Shown: positions 61,499 to 64,000 of the stretch, piece by piece
Numbering within the stretch: the first letter of the stretch is position 1
Layout of the letters: every line of letters begins with the position of its first letter
Assembly (NCBI RefSeq): GCF_037042905.1
Contig: NC_087251.1
Span: 5,954,001 to 6,018,000, forward strand
Length of the DNA stretch: 64,000 nucleotides
Reading direction: 5' to 3'
Source of the DNA: Lytechinus pictus
Lineage: Eukaryota
Position numbers and translations under genes: made by a program
The notes under the pieces: model-generated
Databases searched by the model: none
Told to the model about the DNA's origin: nothing
The model's input: the letters and a program-made list of their open reading frames with translations, nothing else

Positions 61499-62901
61499 CA
61501 TAGGCGGATCCAGGGGGCCCGAGGGGCCCGCCCCCCCCCCCCCCCTATTGGCGAAGCAAAACAAAAGAAAAAAGGAAAGAAAGAAAAAAAAAGGAAAAGA
61601 GTGGAGAAAAAAAGAAGACGAGGAAGACGAGTGAATAAAAAATATTGAAATAAGGGGAAAACTTGGAAAATAAAAAGAATCTTTCATGTCACTGTATAAA
61701 ATTTTCGCTCGCGCTTCGCGCTCACATTGCCTGTTAGGTGATTTACATAACTTGTTCAATATTGAGATTAAATACCAAGTTTGGAAGTCAATATACAAAA
61801 CATATTTTATCTCGGAAATCGAACTTTCATTATTTTGTGTGATTTACAAATTGATTTTTATAAAGTGCTATGTAAAAAAATCAGTATTATGGCTGAATAT
61901 TAACTTTTTCTACTCGCGCTCGCAAATTTTGATTTATCAGGTACTTATTATTTTCGTGTATTCCATAAAGTTTTCAAAATATCCCTTTTCAGGTCTGATT
62001 GTCAAAACGTATCAGCTAGCGCTGCATGCTCGCATTTTGATTGGCGAGTTATGTTTGTGTCAGTATTGATTACACAACAAACTACTTAAAATCACCTTTT
62101 CATGACAGTTTATCAAAAAATTTGGCTTGCGATTTGCACTCGCATTAATTCCGCTCCCTCATTATGCATTAATAAATTAGATATCAAATAAATTGTCCCT
62201 TTTGTTTCATCTCGCGCTTAGCAAGAGGAATAGAAAAATAGTCATCATTTTCATATGATGACATGTCCTGAGGATGTCCCGGTCCTATGTCAAAACTAAA
62301 AAAAAATAATAATGATGAAAAATATCAGCCCTTTATTATATGCAATCCATATCCACCTCACAATTTTCCTACAAAGTGCTTGAAATATAGAGCTGAAATT
62401 GACCCTTTTATAGATCGGAATATCAAATATTTAATGTTCGCGCTTCGCGCTCGCTTTGATTTTCATGATAAAAGATGTATTTAGAATGCCTAGATTCTTG
62501 GATTAAATCTGAAACACACGCGTGCATCTGCTTGCGCTTTGTGCTCGCATTATTAATGTAGGAAGATCCCCTATTACTCACCTTTTCATGATTTACAAAT
62601 CATATATAGAGTGTCCCGTTTTTTAGGTCTAAATCTCGAAGTTTTCAGCTAGCGCTTCGCGCTTGCATTATTTGATTGTTGAAATATTTAACTTCTTCAT
62701 GGCTAAGTGCAAACAGTCCTTATATCAGGTAGGGCCTACCTTTTCGATTAGTTTAAAACGTATATAAAAATTTTCTGCTCGCGCTCGCATTATTAATGTA
62801 AGGAAGATCCCATATTACTCATCCTTTTCATTATTTACAAAACATGAATAGAGTGTCTCGTTTTTAGGTCTAAATCTCGAAATTTTCGGCTCGCGCTTCG
62901 C
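61499..62901 (+). mobile_element. hAT-like non-autonomous element, copy 2 (3'-truncated)
   Basis: Starts CATAGGCGGATCCAGGGGG after a (TA)n run, with the same internal blocks and subrepeats as 59194-60943. Confidence 0.65.
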
Positions 62902-63302
62902 ATGACAGCAATAGAAACATTACAAGAGAAATGTAAAATTGAGCACCAGCCAAATAGATAAATAGATATATACTTACGCCGCTTGTTAGTATATATCTCT
63001 ATAGTTTAACCCTAGTCTAATCTAGAATTTTAAACCAATCTATGAGATCTGGCTTCATAATACTTCTTTATTTTAGGAATGATAAATTATCACTTAATTC
63101 ATTAAAATGCATTATATTTTTGTATATATTCTTCCCATTTCACGACCCGATTGATTTTTTTAAACTTAATACAGTAGGAAAGGAACAATTTTCCGACTCC
63201 AAGTTGAGCATGGAAACAGCTGTAAAAGGGATTTTTAAAAAAGGTTTCAGGGTGGCTTTTTGAAGGATCATTCATATACAGAACAAATGAGCCTCCTTCT
63301 TT

Positions 63303-64000
63303 AACACAAGTGGAATGCCTCTGGCTGTCTCACCTGCATCACGCGATTCAATATAGCAGCAGTGCTGACTTTGAAAACTACTATAAAATAATTATTCACA
63401 AAAAACACCATTCATATGATGATACAATACTATACGTTCATTGACATTTGACCTTGATCATGTGACCTAAAACTTGTCAGTGATACTTGATTACCCCTAT
63501 ATCCACATTCTATACACTATATCTACATTGTATAAACTTTGAAAGTTATGACAGCAATCTAATAATTACCTCTAAAATGGCCAAAGTTCAATGACCTTAA
63601 ATGACCTTTGACTTTGGTCGTGTGACCTGAAACTCGCATGAGATGTTCAGTCATACGTGATGACTCTCATGTCCAAGTTTTATGAACTAGACCAATATAC
63701 TTACAAGACTTATGATGGTTATTCAACTACTACCCCCAACATGGCCAAAGTCCATTGACCATTGACCTTGGTCAAGTGACCTGAAACTCGCACAAGATGT
63801 TCAGTGATACTTGATTACTCTTATGGCCAAGTTTCATGAATCAGATCCATAAACATTCAAAGTTATGACGGTAATTCCACAGATACCCCATTATGGCCAA
63901 AGTTCATTGACCTTTAACGTTGGTCACGTGACCTGAAATTCGCACAGGATGTTCAGTGATACTTGATTACTCTTCTGTCCAAGTTTTATGAACTAGACCA
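63303..64000 (-). mobile_element. HINE-like element (family of 26144-26738), runs off window
   Basis: 63303-63385 is the reverse complement of 26655-26738, followed by ~160-bp TGACCTTTGAC units. Confidence 0.75.

Overview
AT-rich eukaryotic genomic DNA. It is intron-rich and TE-rich, and the repeat types suggest a marine invertebrate deuterostome such as a sea urchin (inference). It carries two convergent host genes. (1) On +, the 3' part of a Ser/Thr protein kinase gene: two small exons encoding kinase subdomain XI (3268-3354, 5879-5968), an apparent ~29.4-kb intron, a 2.08-kb Ser/Lys-rich exon (35356-37436) and two small terminal exons. (2) On -, a complete 10-exon BBOF1/CCDC176 orthologue (58930-49586, 534 aa) with an RFX X-box in its promoter. 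The centrepiece is a young, full-length tyrosine-recombinase retrotransposon of the Ngaro/PAT split-direct-repeat type (17026-24094, -; A1-gag-RT/RNaseH-YR-B1-A2-B2). It sits inside a TIR element that also holds a Kolobok-type MITE, all within the kinase intron. Its non-coding parts show features the standard annotation does not explain: complementarity between the A and B repeats, a junction-spanning hairpin with a GNA triloop, a palindromic reconstructed target site, and a recurring hairpin-hairpin-UUCCAU module in a structured ORF-free 3' region. The rest is non-autonomous DNA transposons (Tc1/mariner-, P-, Harbinger-, Kolobok-, CACTA-, hAT- and MULE/foldback-like), Helentron-type HINE elements with tandem arrays, and tRNA-derived SINEs. 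All coordinates and base-pairings were read by eye, and TE superfamily calls rest on TIR/TSD signatures only.
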